64,000 bases of DNA from Actinomycetota bacterium (GCA_016927325.1 JAFGMY010000156.1:36415-100414), one strand, 5' to 3'; positions 33,873 to 44,928 are shown, numbered from the stretch's first letter. The notes: a model not told the origin generated them from the letters alone. Numbers and translations are program-made.

Positions 33873-34634
33873 ATGAGCCTCCCAATGTTTTATTCAGATC
33901 CTGAATATATCAACCTTGATTCAGGGTGCGTACATTTGTACGGGGATGAAGCGAGGCATATCGCGAAATCGCTTCGTGCCAAGCCGGGCGAACTCATCTT
34001 TGTGGGTGATCGGAACGGGAACAGGTACGTTACGAAATTGGCCTCTGTCAACATGGGAAGCATCGCCGGAGAAATATTATCGCGTGACAGCGAAAGCCGG
34101 GAGCGGCCTTCGATAACCGTGTTTCAAGCTGTCTCAAAAATGAAGCATATGGATGAGACAATTATAAGGGCGGCGGAATCGGGTGTGGCGGGAATCGTGC
34201 CTTATATTTCACAGAGAAGCCCGGTCGATTCCATAAAGAAAAGCATTTCCAGGAAAGAGAGATGGGAAAAGATAGCATTGGAATCATCAAAGCTTTCAAG
34301 GAGGGTCTGGCCGCTGGAAATGAAAGAAGTGCGCGAGGATTTGCCTGACTCTGGAATCCTGCCGCAAAACGACTTGAATATTACACTTTGGGAGATGGAG
34401 CAGGAGACTGGCATTATGGATGTTTTGCCGGAAACGGCGCCTGTTTCAATCGGCCTGATAGTCGGGCCGGAAGGAGGGTTCTCACGTGAAGAGGCTGAAG
34501 AGTATGAGCGCGTCGGGGCGGTGTCTGCGGGAATGGGCGGGCTTGTAATCAGGACCGAAAGCGCTGCTTCATACGCCGCAATGCTTATCAGATGCCATTA
34601 TGGGAATCTTGATGCGGGGGGTTCCCGGGTATGA
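33873..34634 (+). CDS. rsmE: 16S rRNA (uracil1498-N3)-methyltransferase RsmE
   Basis: 253 aa; PUA-like N-terminus plus SPOUT domain; conserved Bacillus yqeU position after dnaJ. Confidence 0.7.
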   Translation: MSLPMFYSDPEYINLDSGCVHLYGDEARHIAKSLRAKPGELIFVGDRNGNRYVTKLASVNMGSIAGEILSRDSESRERPSITVFQAVSKMKHMDETIIRAAESGVAGIVPYISQRSPVDSIKKSISRKERWEKIALESSKLSRRVWPLEMKEVREDLPDSGILPQNDLNITLWEMEQETGIMDVLPETAPVSIGLIVGPEGGFSREEAEEYERVGAVSAGMGGLVIRTESAASYAAMLIRCHYGNLDAGGSRV

Positions 34635-35890
34635 CAGAAGGAACATTCAGGGTGACCACTCTGGGTTGTAAAGTCAATAAAGCCGACTCAGTCGATATTG
34701 AAAGCCGATTCGTTGATAGCGGGCTAAGAAGGGCGGATAGGGATGAAGTGCCTGAATTCTGGGTTATCAATACTTGCGCGGTAACCGCGGCAGGTCTTCA
34801 GAAATCCCGTAAAACGGTAAGAAAATGCCTTAAATCCGGATCTAAAGTCATAGTGACCGGATGCGGTGTCGATTTCGACAGAGGAGCATTCGATGAGATG
34901 ATGCCGCTTGGGACTTTTTCAAATATTGAAAAAGGAGCGATTGTCAGCACTGTTTGCGAAGCGGCGCCGTGGTCAACCTCGGGAGAATTCAGATTCGAGG
35001 CGGAAACGTGCCGGCTGCCGCTGAAGATTCAGGATGGGTGTACTCATAACTGCGCTTACTGTGTCGTACCCGGCTTGAGGATCAGCCCATGGTGCCTTGA
35101 AAAGGAGCGGGTGATAGATAAGGTTAAGTTCTATAAAGAAAGTGGAGCGGGTGAGATAATCTTATGTGGTATCGATATAGGCAGCTACCTTGATGTTTCA
35201 TCAGGAGTGGACCTCGTAGAATTGATAGAGAGCATCAGAAAAGAGGATATTGATATATGGATAAGATTGAGTTCGATCTCGCCGAGGGACATAACCGGAC
35301 GGTTGATCGGATTGTTTGAAAAAGATAAAAGTCTGTGCCGGCATATGCACCTTCCGCTGCAGAGTGGGGACGATGGGGTACTCGAGGACATGAAAAGGGG
35401 TTATAGCGCGCGGGAGTACTTGGAGAAAGTGGAAATCGTGAAAGAGAAGGTGCCGGACATTTCCATTACGACAGATGTTCTGGTTGGATATCCCACCGAG
35501 GGGGAGGAAGCCTTCGACAATACGGTTGAAATGGTTAGGAAAGTTGGATTTTCAAAAGTGCATGTATTCAAGTACTCACCCAGGCCGGGCACTGATTCGT
35601 TTGCAATGGGCGACCCGGTCACAGGGGTTGAGAAGAAAAGAAGGTCCCGGATAGTTATAGATGAGTCAAGAAAAACGGCCGGGATATTTCACGCCAGTTT
35701 TATCGGGCGGACGGTCCCGGTGCTTGTGGAGGAACAATCCCGGGGAGACCGGTGGAGGTTGCTGGGAAGAACGGAGTGGTATTCCAGGGTGAATATGATT
35801 GGGCCGCCCTGCTCGGTCGGCAGGATTGTTGATGTTATGATTGATGGAGTAGAGGGTTCTGTGTTATCCGGGGAAATCGTAAGTGATTGA
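34631..35890 (+). CDS. mtaB: tRNA threonylcarbamoyladenosine methylthiotransferase MtaB (radical SAM, YqeV-type)
   Basis: 419 aa; MTTase N-terminal Cys (LGCKVN ... NTCAV ... TGCGV) and radical-SAM CTHNCAYCVVP; yqeV position. Confidence 0.75.
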   Translation: MTEGTFRVTTLGCKVNKADSVDIESRFVDSGLRRADRDEVPEFWVINTCAVTAAGLQKSRKTVRKCLKSGSKVIVTGCGVDFDRGAFDEMMPLGTFSNIEKGAIVSTVCEAAPWSTSGEFRFEAETCRLPLKIQDGCTHNCAYCVVPGLRISPWCLEKERVIDKVKFYKESGAGEIILCGIDIGSYLDVSSGVDLVELIESIRKEDIDIWIRLSSISPRDITGRLIGLFEKDKSLCRHMHLPLQSGDDGVLEDMKRGYSAREYLEKVEIVKEKVPDISITTDVLVGYPTEGEEAFDNTVEMVRKVGFSKVHVFKYSPRPGTDSFAMGDPVTGVEKKRRSRIVIDESRKTAGIFHASFIGRTVPVLVEEQSRGDRWRLLGRTEWYSRVNMIGPPCSVGRIVDVMIDGVEGSVLSGEIVSD

Positions 35891-35914
35891 AGTCTTTGTT
35901 AATTCGGAGGTGAA

Positions 35915-36265
35915 GTGAGGATGGACGACTGTCTGTTTTGCAGAATTGTCAACAAGGAAATCGGAAGTGAAATTGTGGAGGAGAGCGCTAATTCCATCGC
36001 TTTTAGAGATATTAATCCCCAGGCGCCGGTGCATTTACTTATTGTGCCGAAAGAGCATATTACTTCCCTGAGAGAGCTGAATGAGGACAAGTGCGATATA
36101 TTAAGTGATATCTTCAGAATGATCAACGACATAGCTGTAAGCGAGGGGATAGACCAGTCAGGGTATAGAGTTGTGGTCAATACCGGCGAGGAAGCCGGAC
36201 AGGAAGTCGGCCATGTTCACTTTCACCTTCTGGGAGGCAGGTTCATGAAATGGCCTCCCGGATAA
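35915..36265 (+). CDS. HIT-family (histidine triad) nucleotide hydrolase
   Basis: 116 aa; HVHFHLLGG histidine triad. Confidence 0.85.
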   Translation: MRMDDCLFCRIVNKEIGSEIVEESANSIAFRDINPQAPVHLLIVPKEHITSLRELNEDKCDILSDIFRMINDIAVSEGIDQSGYRVVVNTGEEAGQEVGHVHFHLLGGRFMKWPPG

Positions 36266-36313
36266 AGTGCTGACAGTGTCTGATCTGGAACTTTAATAAC
36301 TGCCGAAACGGGA

Positions 36314-36769
36314 GTGGCGTATATGGAAATTGAAGACAAGCTTGTTTCCGACATGAAGGAATCGATGAAGTCCGGTGAAAAACTTCGTTTGACTACCATT
36401 AGAATGGTATTGGCCGGAATGAAAAACGAAAGGATCGCCAAAGGGGAGGATCTCTCGGAGGAAGATGTGCTGACGGTTCTTGGCAGAGAGGCAAGAAAAC
36501 GCAGAGAGGCGATCGTGGAATATGACAAAGCGGGAAGAGATGAGCTTGCCGCAAAGGAGCGCGAAGAACTCACGGTGATCGAGGGTTATCTTCCAGAACA
36601 GATGTCCGAAGAAGAGATTGAAGGCATAGTGCGGGAGGCTATCGCGGATACAGGAGCATCTTCAGGGAAAGACATGGGAAAGGTCATGGGAAAGGTCATG
36701 CCCAGGGTTAAGGGAAAAGCGGATGGAAGATTGGTAAACGAAACGGTCCTGAAACTGTTGGCCGAATAA
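36314..36769 (+). CDS. yqeY: GatB/YqeY domain protein
   Basis: 151 aa; YqeY family pattern (LKESMKSGEKLRLTTIRMVLAGMKN...). Confidence 0.75.
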   Translation: MAYMEIEDKLVSDMKESMKSGEKLRLTTIRMVLAGMKNERIAKGEDLSEEDVLTVLGREARKRREAIVEYDKAGRDELAAKEREELTVIEGYLPEQMSEEEIEGIVREAIADTGASSGKDMGKVMGKVMPRVKGKADGRLVNETVLKLLAE

Positions 36770-36806
36770 AATCGAAAAGCCGGACATGGAGAAAAGAGGT
36801 TGCTGA

Positions 36807-37790
36807 TTGGGAACCGACTTGACTGAAGTAAAGATTGTTGTTCCCGGGAATCAGTCGATGGTGTCTCTTCTGGGCAAAGAAGATAGATTTTTGAGAAAGG
36901 TCGAAAACGAGTTCGAATGCCGCATTGTCGCGCGAGGCAATGAAATTGGGATCAGGGGCACCCAGCGGGAGACAGAGGTGTGCACCACTCTCTTTGAGGA
37001 ACTGATAGAACTGCTTGAAGAGGGGCTTGTCATTACCGACGAAAACTTGACCATGGCGATAAGCATGGTCAAGAGCGGCAAAGAGATTAAGCCTGCGGAG
37101 GTTTTCAAAGAAGCCGTACTTACCGCCCGGGGAAAGATAATCAGACCGAAGACCGTCGGGCAGAAGAGATATGTCGAACTGATGAGGAAGGCTACCATCG
37201 TGTTCAGCATAGGGCCCGCCGGTACCGGTAAGACTTACCTCGCGCTGGCAAACGCTGTCCAGTCGCTTCTGGACAAGAAGGTGAACAGGCTTATTCTTAC
37301 CAGGCCGGTGGTTGAAGCGGGAGAGAAGCTGGGCTTTCTTCCGGGAGATTTATACCAGAAGGTGGACCCCTACCTCCGGCCTCTTTATGATGCGCTCTAT
37401 GAAATGCTGGGCGCGGAACATTTTCACAGGATGATGGACAGGGGAACGATCGAGGTTGTGCCGTTGGCTTTCATGAGGGGCAGGACGCTGAATGACTCGT
37501 TTATAATTCTCGACGAAGCACAGAATACCAGCCCGGAACAGATGAAAATGTTCCTTACGCGGCTGGGCTTCGGAAGCAGAGCTGTTATCACTGGAGACAT
37601 TACGCAAGTGGACTTACCCAGGGAAAAGAAATCCGGCTTGATACTCGTACAGGAGATACTCTTCGAAATAAGCGGGGTGGAGTTCGTTTACCTGGATGCC
37701 AACGACGTCGTCAGGCACAAGATTGTTCAGCAGATTGTCGAAGCATATAAGGAATACGATACCCAGAAGACTAACGGCGACACGGAATGA
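36807..37790 (+). CDS. phoH: PhoH-like ATPase (YbeZ/PhoH; KH + P-loop NTPase)
   Basis: 327 aa; Walker A GPAGTGKTYLA; Walker B IILDEAQN; TTG start after AAAGAGG. Confidence 0.85.
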   Translation: MGTDLTEVKIVVPGNQSMVSLLGKEDRFLRKVENEFECRIVARGNEIGIRGTQRETEVCTTLFEELIELLEEGLVITDENLTMAISMVKSGKEIKPAEVFKEAVLTARGKIIRPKTVGQKRYVELMRKATIVFSIGPAGTGKTYLALANAVQSLLDKKVNRLILTRPVVEAGEKLGFLPGDLYQKVDPYLRPLYDALYEMLGAEHFHRMMDRGTIEVVPLAFMRGRTLNDSFIILDEAQNTSPEQMKMFLTRLGFGSRAVITGDITQVDLPREKKSGLILVQEILFEISGVEFVYLDANDVVRHKIVQQIVEAYKEYDTQKTNGDTE

Positions 37791-37791
37791 A

Positions 37792-39903
37792 ATGCATATT
37801 ATTAAAAGGATATCCCGAACTGCCGGGCGATTTATAGATAAGGTAAATAACTCGTCTATTAAAACCAAGCGGATCATTATCGTTGTCGTATTTTCGGTTT
37901 TGCTGCTTATGTTGATAGCATTGGAAATCTCTCCATTTGGTTACAGTATCAAGGAGGGGGAGCCGAGCCCGAGAGATGTAATCGCCCCCAAGACCGTTCA
38001 GTATATCGACAAAACGAAAACAGACGAGCAAAGAGAGGCCGCCGCCGCCGGGGTACAGGACGTCTATGAATACGACAAGGACGTTTCCAGGCGGGTGGCC
38101 GACGAAATCAAATATTTCTTTCAAAAGATATATGAGGTATATTCCCTCGATCTGGACATGGCCGAAAAGGTTGGTCGGGTACAGGAAAAAGCCGGAGATG
38201 TTGTGGATTCGGCGACAATCGAGGCGATTCTTCAGCTTTCGGCGGAGACCGTACAGAACTTGTATGCGCCAACCGCTGAAACCGCCGGGAAAGTGATGGA
38301 CAAACAGGTCAAGCCTGACGAACTGGAAAAGGCCAGAGAACTTGCCAGGATCGAAGCCGATGGATTTTCCGACGATCCCACAATACAGGTGATCGCGGGT
38401 GATATCGCGGCCGACTACATAAAGCCCAACTCTATTTTTAACGCGGAAGAGACCGAAAAAAGAAAAACGGCGGCACGTGAAGCAGTAAGCCCGGTTATCA
38501 CCACTGTGCTTGAAGGTGAAATAATAATCGGAAAAGGCCGGATTGTCACATCCGAACAGGCCAGCCTGCTAAAAACCCTGGGGTTTAGAAGCCCGGTATT
38601 CAGCGGGCTCAACATGATATACTTCGGGGCATTCATCTTTCTGATTATCGCAGTGCTCGCAATGTTTATCTCGCGGTACAGAAACGACATATACGAAAAT
38701 CTCAAAGTACTGGTTCTTCTGGGAGTGCTTCTTGTTGTCTATACCGTTTTCGCCAAGATCGCGGCCATCGCGGCGGGAAGTTCGTCTCCACTTTTCAGTT
38801 TTGTCGTTCCAACGGCGGCGATAGCCATAATAACCGCTGTTCTGGTCGACAGGTTTGTAGCCATAGTCATGGTTGTGCTTTGCGCGCTTCTGACCGGTGC
38901 GGTAACAGGCGGCAACTTCACGATGGTGGCGGTAGCCCTGCTCGGCGGTTTTTATCCATCGATAGCGGTTTCAAGGATGTCCACAAGGTATGAACTGAGA
39001 AGGGCGAGCCTTTATACGGCAATATGGATAGCTTTCGTGGCGTTCGGGGTAAGTCTGCTGTCACAGTACCGGCAGGATTTCCTGGTAATTACCGGAATAG
39101 GATTTCTTAACGGATTTATATCATCAGTGGTTGCGATGGGTTTACTGCCTTTCCTGGAGACAACGATGAAGGTTACAACAAACCCCTGGCTTCTCGAGAT
39201 CGCGTCACCGGAACAGGAGTTACTGAAAGAACTTTCCATGAAAGCTCCCGGTACGTATTCGCACAGCGTAATGGTCGCCAACCTGGCGGAAGCGGCCGCA
39301 AGAGAGATTGGAAGCGATCCGCTGATAGCACGGGTTGCCGCGTACTATCACGATATCGGCAAAACAAAACGGGCACAGTTTTTTATCGAGAACCAGCCGG
39401 AAGGATCTAATCCTCACAATGATATTTCCCCTAATTTGAGCTCGCTTATCATTACGTCACATGTCAAGGACGGGATTGAAATGTTAAACAGTAGCGGCCT
39501 GCCAAAAGACATTATCGACGTAATCAAGCAACATCATGGAACAAGTATAGTTAAATATTTCTATGAGAAGGCTATTGAAGACGGCGAAAATGAGAGAGTC
39601 GACGAGAACAGGTTCCGGTATCATTTCGACAAGCCCAAGAGTAAAACCGCCGCGATTCTCATGCTGGCGGACGGAGTTGAGGCAACCGCCCGGACGTTGC
39701 CGAGTACATCCGCTTCAGCAATCGAGCAGATGGTTTCGAGAATTGTGGATGATAAAATCGATGACGGGCAACTCGATGAATGTGATATAACTTTCGGTGA
39801 TATTTCCAAGATTAAGAGTGTTTTTGCAAAGATATTGATCAGTACATATCATCCCAGAATTACCTATCCGAAGACTACCGGCATACATGGAGCAAGGAAA
39901 TGA
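37792..39903 (+). CDS. pgpH: 7TM-HD membrane phosphohydrolase (YqfF/PgpH-like c-di-AMP phosphodiesterase)
   Basis: 704 aa from ATG 37792 (MHIIKRIS...); extracellular domain, 7 TM helices, cytoplasmic HD domain (HSVMVANLAEAAAREIG ... YYHDIGK). Confidence 0.8.
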   Translation: MHIIKRISRTAGRFIDKVNNSSIKTKRIIIVVVFSVLLLMLIALEISPFGYSIKEGEPSPRDVIAPKTVQYIDKTKTDEQREAAAAGVQDVYEYDKDVSRRVADEIKYFFQKIYEVYSLDLDMAEKVGRVQEKAGDVVDSATIEAILQLSAETVQNLYAPTAETAGKVMDKQVKPDELEKARELARIEADGFSDDPTIQVIAGDIAADYIKPNSIFNAEETEKRKTAAREAVSPVITTVLEGEIIIGKGRIVTSEQASLLKTLGFRSPVFSGLNMIYFGAFIFLIIAVLAMFISRYRNDIYENLKVLVLLGVLLVVYTVFAKIAAIAAGSSSPLFSFVVPTAAIAIITAVLVDRFVAIVMVVLCALLTGAVTGGNFTMVAVALLGGFYPSIAVSRMSTRYELRRASLYTAIWIAFVAFGVSLLSQYRQDFLVITGIGFLNGFISSVVAMGLLPFLETTMKVTTNPWLLEIASPEQELLKELSMKAPGTYSHSVMVANLAEAAAREIGSDPLIARVAAYYHDIGKTKRAQFFIENQPEGSNPHNDISPNLSSLIITSHVKDGIEMLNSSGLPKDIIDVIKQHHGTSIVKYFYEKAIEDGENERVDENRFRYHFDKPKSKTAAILMLADGVEATARTLPSTSASAIEQMVSRIVDDKIDDGQLDECDITFGDISKIKSVFAKILISTYHPRITYPKTTGIHGARK

Positions 39904-40355
39904 CGGTAAGGGCGAGTTCAGAGGTACCCGGTTCTAAACATGAGATACGACACTTGAAAACCGTACTGAAGAAGGCTATGAATAAACTTTCCTGCAACGC
40001 TTTGCTTGAAGTTAGCCTGCTTCTGGTTGGGGAAGACAGGATGAAGGATTTGAATTCACAGTTCAGGAATCGGGACGAGGCAACCGATGTTCTGGCTTTC
40101 CCAATGATGAGCACGGATGAAATCGAATCGATTGAAGATGCCGTTGACCGGCGTCAACAACTGATCGGGGACATCGTTATCTGTGTTCCTTACGCGGAAA
40201 AACAATCAAGGGAACTGGGGGTTTCATTCGAATCGGAAATGGAACTTCTCGCGGTGCATGGATTGCTTCATCTGTTCGGTTACGTCGACGCATCGGAAGA
40301 GGGTGCGGAGGAAATGGCCGTAAAGGCGAGTGAACTCCTGGGAAGAAAAGTATAA
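39900..40355 (+). CDS. ybeY: rRNA maturation endoribonuclease YbeY
   Basis: 151 aa; HGLLHLFGY zinc-binding H-x3-H-x5-H motif. Confidence 0.85.
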   Translation: MTVRASSEVPGSKHEIRHLKTVLKKAMNKLSCNALLEVSLLLVGEDRMKDLNSQFRNRDEATDVLAFPMMSTDEIESIEDAVDRRQQLIGDIVICVPYAEKQSRELGVSFESEMELLAVHGLLHLFGYVDASEEGAEEMAVKASELLGRKV

Positions 40356-40384
40356 TTGACCAGAAAGATTGAGGTGACTGATTA

Positions 40385-41665
40385 ATGGAATTAGGCCTGG
40401 GTTTAGCTGCCCTGGTTATTTTGATCGGGCTGGCGGCATACCTGGCGGCATCAGAGACCGCGTTGATGAGGGTAAGCCGGATAAGGGTGCGCTACCTTGT
40501 TGAAAAAAATGAAAACAAGTCCAAAAAACTGGAGAATTTGATTGAGAACCCCGACTTTTTTCTGCCGCCTCTGTTGCTGACCGCGCTTTTCGTACAGATG
40601 ATTTCAGCTTCTCTTGCAACCTGGCTGACTACAAGAATTACCAATAATGCCGGTCTGGGGGTTGCTGTCGGTACAATTGTCATCACGACTTTCATGTTCA
40701 TCTTCGGAGAACTTCTGCCAAAGGCTATCGCCAGCCATGAGTCCGAGAAAGTGGCTCTTTCCGTAACCAGGCCGATAAGCCTGATAAGCAGAATGCTGAA
40801 TCCCCTGACTATCGCGTTGAAGTGGATCGCTGATGTGATATTGAAACTAATTGGCAAGGGTGGTCTTCACGTTGAAGATATCGTGAGGGATGAAGGTGAG
40901 ATAAAGGCAATGATTTCAGCCGCCGAAGAAAGCGCGGTTATTGAAAAAATTGAAGAAAAGATGATTCACTCGGTATTTGAATTCGGGGACTCAATCGTAA
41001 GAGAGGTCATAACCCCTCGCCCCGACATGGTTACCCTGAAGAAAGGGCAGACAATAAAGGACGCGTTGCTGGTAATTATTAAGAACGGGTTTTCGAGAAT
41101 ACCCGTATACGGTGAGAACAAGGAGAACATCGTAGGGATTTTATATGCAAAGGATCTTCTTGAAAACCTTCAGAAAGGACAACTTGAAAACAAGATCGAT
41201 TCAATACTGCGGGATGCGTATTTCGTTCCCGAGACGAAGCCGTTAAGCGATCTGTTAAAGGATCTGCAGAAGCGGAAAGTGCATCTCGCTGTCGTGGTCG
41301 ATGAATACGGAACTGTTGTGGGCCTGGTGACTATCGAGGATTTGCTCGAAGAGATCGTGGGCGAGATATTCGATGAATACGACAAGGAAGTTGTTCTGGT
41401 GGAGAAAACAGGAGAGAAACGTTACCGGGTTGACGCAAGGGTATCAATTGACGATCTGAACGACGAACTGGAGATATATCTGCCAAAGGAAGAAGAAATA
41501 GATACAATAGGCGGTCTTGTTTTCAAGGTTCTCGGACACGTGCCGGCGCCCGGAGAGACGTTCAGATATAACGGGGTTGTAATCAAGGTTGAGAGGGTAA
41601 GGAAAAACAGGATTTATAAAGTGATGTTGGAGATACTGGACGAAAATTGCGAGTTGGATAAATAG
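40385..41665 (+). CDS. CNNM/CorC-HlyC family transporter (DUF21 TM + CBS pair + CorC_HlyC)
   Basis: 426 aa; 4 N-terminal TM helices, CBS pair, C-terminal transporter-associated domain. Confidence 0.8.
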   Translation: MELGLGLAALVILIGLAAYLAASETALMRVSRIRVRYLVEKNENKSKKLENLIENPDFFLPPLLLTALFVQMISASLATWLTTRITNNAGLGVAVGTIVITTFMFIFGELLPKAIASHESEKVALSVTRPISLISRMLNPLTIALKWIADVILKLIGKGGLHVEDIVRDEGEIKAMISAAEESAVIEKIEEKMIHSVFEFGDSIVREVITPRPDMVTLKKGQTIKDALLVIIKNGFSRIPVYGENKENIVGILYAKDLLENLQKGQLENKIDSILRDAYFVPETKPLSDLLKDLQKRKVHLAVVVDEYGTVVGLVTIEDLLEEIVGEIFDEYDKEVVLVEKTGEKRYRVDARVSIDDLNDELEIYLPKEEEIDTIGGLVFKVLGHVPAPGETFRYNGVVIKVERVRKNRIYKVMLEILDENCELDK

Positions 41666-41674
41666 AATCCGGAC

Positions 41675-42481
41675 ATGCAAATGCTGGAATCGATCGGCGG
41701 ACCGTTAGAACTTATCACAGACCCCTCTCTTGAAAGCAAGTATGGAATAGGGGTTTATTTTACATGCAGAAAAGGCGGAGCAAGCGAAGGAATTCACGGT
41801 ACCCTGAACCTGTCTTTTGATGTTAATGATGAAAGAGGAGCGGTGGCGTTCAATCGCAAGACAGTGTCTGACGCAGTGGGTATACCGGTCAGCAACTGGA
41901 CTCTATGCCGCCAGGTGCATGGGTGCCGGGTTCATGTTGTGGAACAATTCGATATCGGTAGAGGCGCGCATGATCATGAGTCCGGGATCCCCCGGACCGA
42001 CGGCCTGATTTCGGGTTTGAGCGGGACCCTTGTCGGTGTACTGACCGCTGATTGCATACCTGTGATTTTTGTAGCGGGGCGGAAAAGAGTCTGCGCGGCG
42101 GTGCATGCGGGCTGGCGAGGAGTGCTGGCGGGAGTATTGCCGGAAGCTTTTAAAAAAATAAGAATGAGGTCGGGGGAAGACGCCGGCGGGATCGATATCT
42201 ATATCGGCCCTCATATAAGAGCTTGCTGTTTTGAAGTGGGGAAGGAATTAGGCGGACTGTTCGAGGACTCGATAGGTGAAGAGGCGGTGGACAGGTGCTA
42301 CGGAAATGTCGACCATGTTGACCTGGAGTCGGCAATTATCGTTCAGATGAAAAGGATGGGTGTTTCAAACGGAAATATCCACATGGCGAAGCAATGTACT
42401 TCCTGTGGAGATGACTATTTTTCACACAGGAGAGACAGAGGCATGACCGGGAGGCAGGCCGGCCTCGCGGTCATCCAATGA
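41675..42481 (+). CDS. pgeF: peptidoglycan editing factor PgeF / YfiH (DUF152 laccase-domain purine nucleoside phosphorylase)
   Basis: 268 aa; conserved H (QVHGCRVHVV), C (LTADCIP), H (HAGWRG) residues. Confidence 0.8.
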   Translation: MQMLESIGGPLELITDPSLESKYGIGVYFTCRKGGASEGIHGTLNLSFDVNDERGAVAFNRKTVSDAVGIPVSNWTLCRQVHGCRVHVVEQFDIGRGAHDHESGIPRTDGLISGLSGTLVGVLTADCIPVIFVAGRKRVCAAVHAGWRGVLAGVLPEAFKKIRMRSGEDAGGIDIYIGPHIRACCFEVGKELGGLFEDSIGEEAVDRCYGNVDHVDLESAIIVQMKRMGVSNGNIHMAKQCTSCGDDYFSHRRDRGMTGRQAGLAVIQ

Positions 42482-42494
42482 AAGCCGGGGTATT

Positions 42495-42776
42495 ATGGAG
42501 GCAATTGCAAGAGCCACCGTGAAGATTAGTGGAAGGGTCCAGGGAGTATTTTTCAGGGCGGAAACCGAGAGAAAGGCCGTTTCACTTGGACTCGGCGGAT
42601 ATGTTATGAATATGCCGGACGGTTCGGTGAAAGCCGTTTTTGAGGGAAAAAAAGAGCAGGTGGAGCGCGCGATCCAGTGGTGCGGCAAAGGCCCCCGACA
42701 CGCTCGCGTAGAATCGGTTTCAGTCGAATGGGAACCACCTTCAGGAGACAGGGAGTTTGTCTTGAAGTATCATTGA
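42495..42776 (+). CDS. acyP: acylphosphatase
   Basis: 93 aa; VSGRVQGVFFR and GYVMNMPDGSV signatures. Confidence 0.85.
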   Translation: MEAIARATVKISGRVQGVFFRAETERKAVSLGLGGYVMNMPDGSVKAVFEGKKEQVERAIQWCGKGPRHARVESVSVEWEPPSGDREFVLKYH

Positions 42777-42893
42777 GCATGATTCGATGAGTTGCTGTCT
42801 TTCTTCAATTTATGGTGTGTTTCAGCTGGAGTCTTCAAAAGAACCGCATGAGTGAGTCCCAAAAAGGTCTGACCCGGAACAAAAGCGAATGAT

Positions 42894-43592
42894 ATGAATA
42901 GACGAATTAGCGATAATATTGTTCAAATAAAAAAAAGAATGTTTGATGCTGCTGGAAGAGCAGGCAGGAGTATTGATGAGATTGTACTCCTCGGGGCTTC
43001 CAAGAACAGGAACACGGAAGAGATAAATGAGGCATATGAGTCGGGAGTTGAGGTCTTCGGTGAGAACAGAGCCCAGGAACTGATCGCTAAGCAGGGTGGA
43101 GTAAGAAGCGGCGTCAAGTGGCATTTTATAGGTCATTTGCAGCGAAACAAGGTAAAGGACGTTGTCGGTTTGGTGGAGTTGATTCACTCGGTTGACAGCC
43201 GAAGAGTTGGAATTGAAATAAACAAGCGGGCGTCAGATATTGGCCAGGTGCAGCAGGTGTTGTTGCAGTTGAACACGGGGGGAGAGCGGAGCAAGTACGG
43301 GTTGAGCCTGGAAGAGGCAAAACCACTGTTAAATGAGTTTTTGAACTGTGAGAATATCGACGTAAGAGGATTTTCGACCGTTGCTCCAAATGTAGAGAAC
43401 GCCGAGGAAATAAGATGGGTGTTCAGGGATTTACGAATGGCCATGGAAGAAATCAATAAGGAAACCGGCGCGGGCATGGTGGAGCTTTCAATGGGGATGA
43501 CCGGAGATTTCGATGTGGCGATCGAAGAAGGAGCTACAATTATTAGAGTTGGAACAGGTGTTTTCGGACCGATCGAGAGCCGGGAACCATAA
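42894..43592 (+). CDS. yggS: YggS-family pyridoxal-phosphate homeostasis protein (PLPHP)
   Basis: 232 aa; alanine-racemase-N fold; conserved Lys near N-terminus (LLGASKN) and HFIGHLQRNK motif. Confidence 0.8.
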   Translation: MNRRISDNIVQIKKRMFDAAGRAGRSIDEIVLLGASKNRNTEEINEAYESGVEVFGENRAQELIAKQGGVRSGVKWHFIGHLQRNKVKDVVGLVELIHSVDSRRVGIEINKRASDIGQVQQVLLQLNTGGERSKYGLSLEEAKPLLNEFLNCENIDVRGFSTVAPNVENAEEIRWVFRDLRMAMEEINKETGAGMVELSMGMTGDFDVAIEEGATIIRVGTGVFGPIESREP

Positions 43593-43632
43593 CCTAAGCA
43601 TTTTCGTATTTTGAAGATGTGAGGCAAGGAGG

Positions 43633-44079
43633 TTGTTTAAGATGGCCGGATTCTGGGGCAGAGTCGCTGAGTGGCTGGGATTAAAGGAGCCGGATGAGTT
43701 CGGCGAGATGCGTGCCCGTGAAGAAGCGGTCGAAGAGATTTCAGAAAGGGTTCCAAGAAGAAGGGGATCAGAGCGGATCCTGCAACCGGTGCCCGAATCT
43801 ACTACAAAAGTCCATGTCGTTGAACCTACCAGTTTTAATGATGCTGAGCAAATAGGTTCAAAATTCAAGAATGATACTCCGGTTATCGTAAACCTTCAGA
43901 ACATAGACAGGGACCTTGCAAAGAGATTGATCGACTTCGTAAGCGGACTTACATACGGTCTTGACGGCGGGATTCAGAGGGTCGCTGAAATGGTATTTCT
44001 GCTGACACCTGCAAATGTTGAGGTCTCCGCTGAAGACAGGAAATGGATGCGTGAAAAGGGCTTTTTCAACCAGTTTTAG
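43633..44079 (+). CDS. sepF: cell division protein SepF
   Basis: 148 aa; C-terminal SepF domain; ylmF position after yggS; start TTG 43633 or ATG 43642. Confidence 0.75.
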   Translation: MFKMAGFWGRVAEWLGLKEPDEFGEMRAREEAVEEISERVPRRRGSERILQPVPESTTKVHVVEPTSFNDAEQIGSKFKNDTPVIVNLQNIDRDLAKRLIDFVSGLTYGLDGGIQRVAEMVFLLTPANVEVSAEDRKWMREKGFFNQF

Positions 44080-44097
44080 GCAAAGGGAGCTGAGGGT

Positions 44098-44910
44098 TTG
44101 TACAAAGTTGCTCTCATAGGCGGGGGGAAGATGGGTGAAGCCATGCTGAGCGGCTGGCTTGATGCCATGATCCTTGAAAAGGAAGATATCATTGTCTGTG
44201 AAAAACTGGATGAAATGAGATCATACCTTTCGGAAAAATATTCTGTTGAAACCGGGAAATCCGTGGTTGAGACGGCTTCGCAGGCGCAGTATTGCGTACT
44301 GGCGGTAAAGCCCCGGGATGCTGCCGCGGTTCTCCATGAAATAGCTGAAGCGGAAGAGCAGCCGGCTGCTCTTATATCGATAGTGGCAGGACTGAGTATT
44401 TCATTAATACGGAAAAATATCGGTGAGAGAATACCGGTTGTGCGGGTAATGCCTAACATGGGTGCCAGAATGAGGTGTTCCATTTCCGCGTATGCCGTCG
44501 ATGCCAATGGCGGTAGCTTAAGCGAAGCGGAAATTGAAGGCTTTCTGGGCGGTATCGGTGAAGCGGTGAAGGTCGAAGAGAAGTTTATGAACCTTGTGAC
44601 TGCGGTGAGCGGAAGCGGGCCCGCGTATTTTTTTTACCTGGCTGAAGCTCTGGAACAGGCCGCTGTTGATCAGGGGATGCCCGGAGATCTCGCAGTAAGG
44701 CTGGCTGAAGATACCCTGTACGGTTCGGGTGTCGTGCTCAAGAGGACAGACATGAGCGCATCAGAACTTAGAGAAGCTGTTTCGTCACCAGGTGGAACGA
44801 CTGTCGCGGGGTTGAAGAAATTTGATGAACTTGGATTTAAGCAAATGGTGGGCGCGGTTGTGCAAGCGGCCGCGAAAAGAGCCGGCGAGCTTACCGGCGA
44901 AATTGATTAG
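44098..44910 (+). CDS. proC: pyrroline-5-carboxylate reductase
   Basis: 270 aa; N-terminal Rossmann VALIGGGKMGEAM; ProC C-terminal dimerisation region. Confidence 0.8.
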   Translation: MYKVALIGGGKMGEAMLSGWLDAMILEKEDIIVCEKLDEMRSYLSEKYSVETGKSVVETASQAQYCVLAVKPRDAAAVLHEIAEAEEQPAALISIVAGLSISLIRKNIGERIPVVRVMPNMGARMRCSISAYAVDANGGSLSEAEIEGFLGGIGEAVKVEEKFMNLVTAVSGSGPAYFFYLAEALEQAAVDQGMPGDLAVRLAEDTLYGSGVVLKRTDMSASELREAVSSPGGTTVAGLKKFDELGFKQMVGAVVQAAAKRAGELTGEID

Positions 44911-44928
44911 TAATGGAGGTCGGGTTAT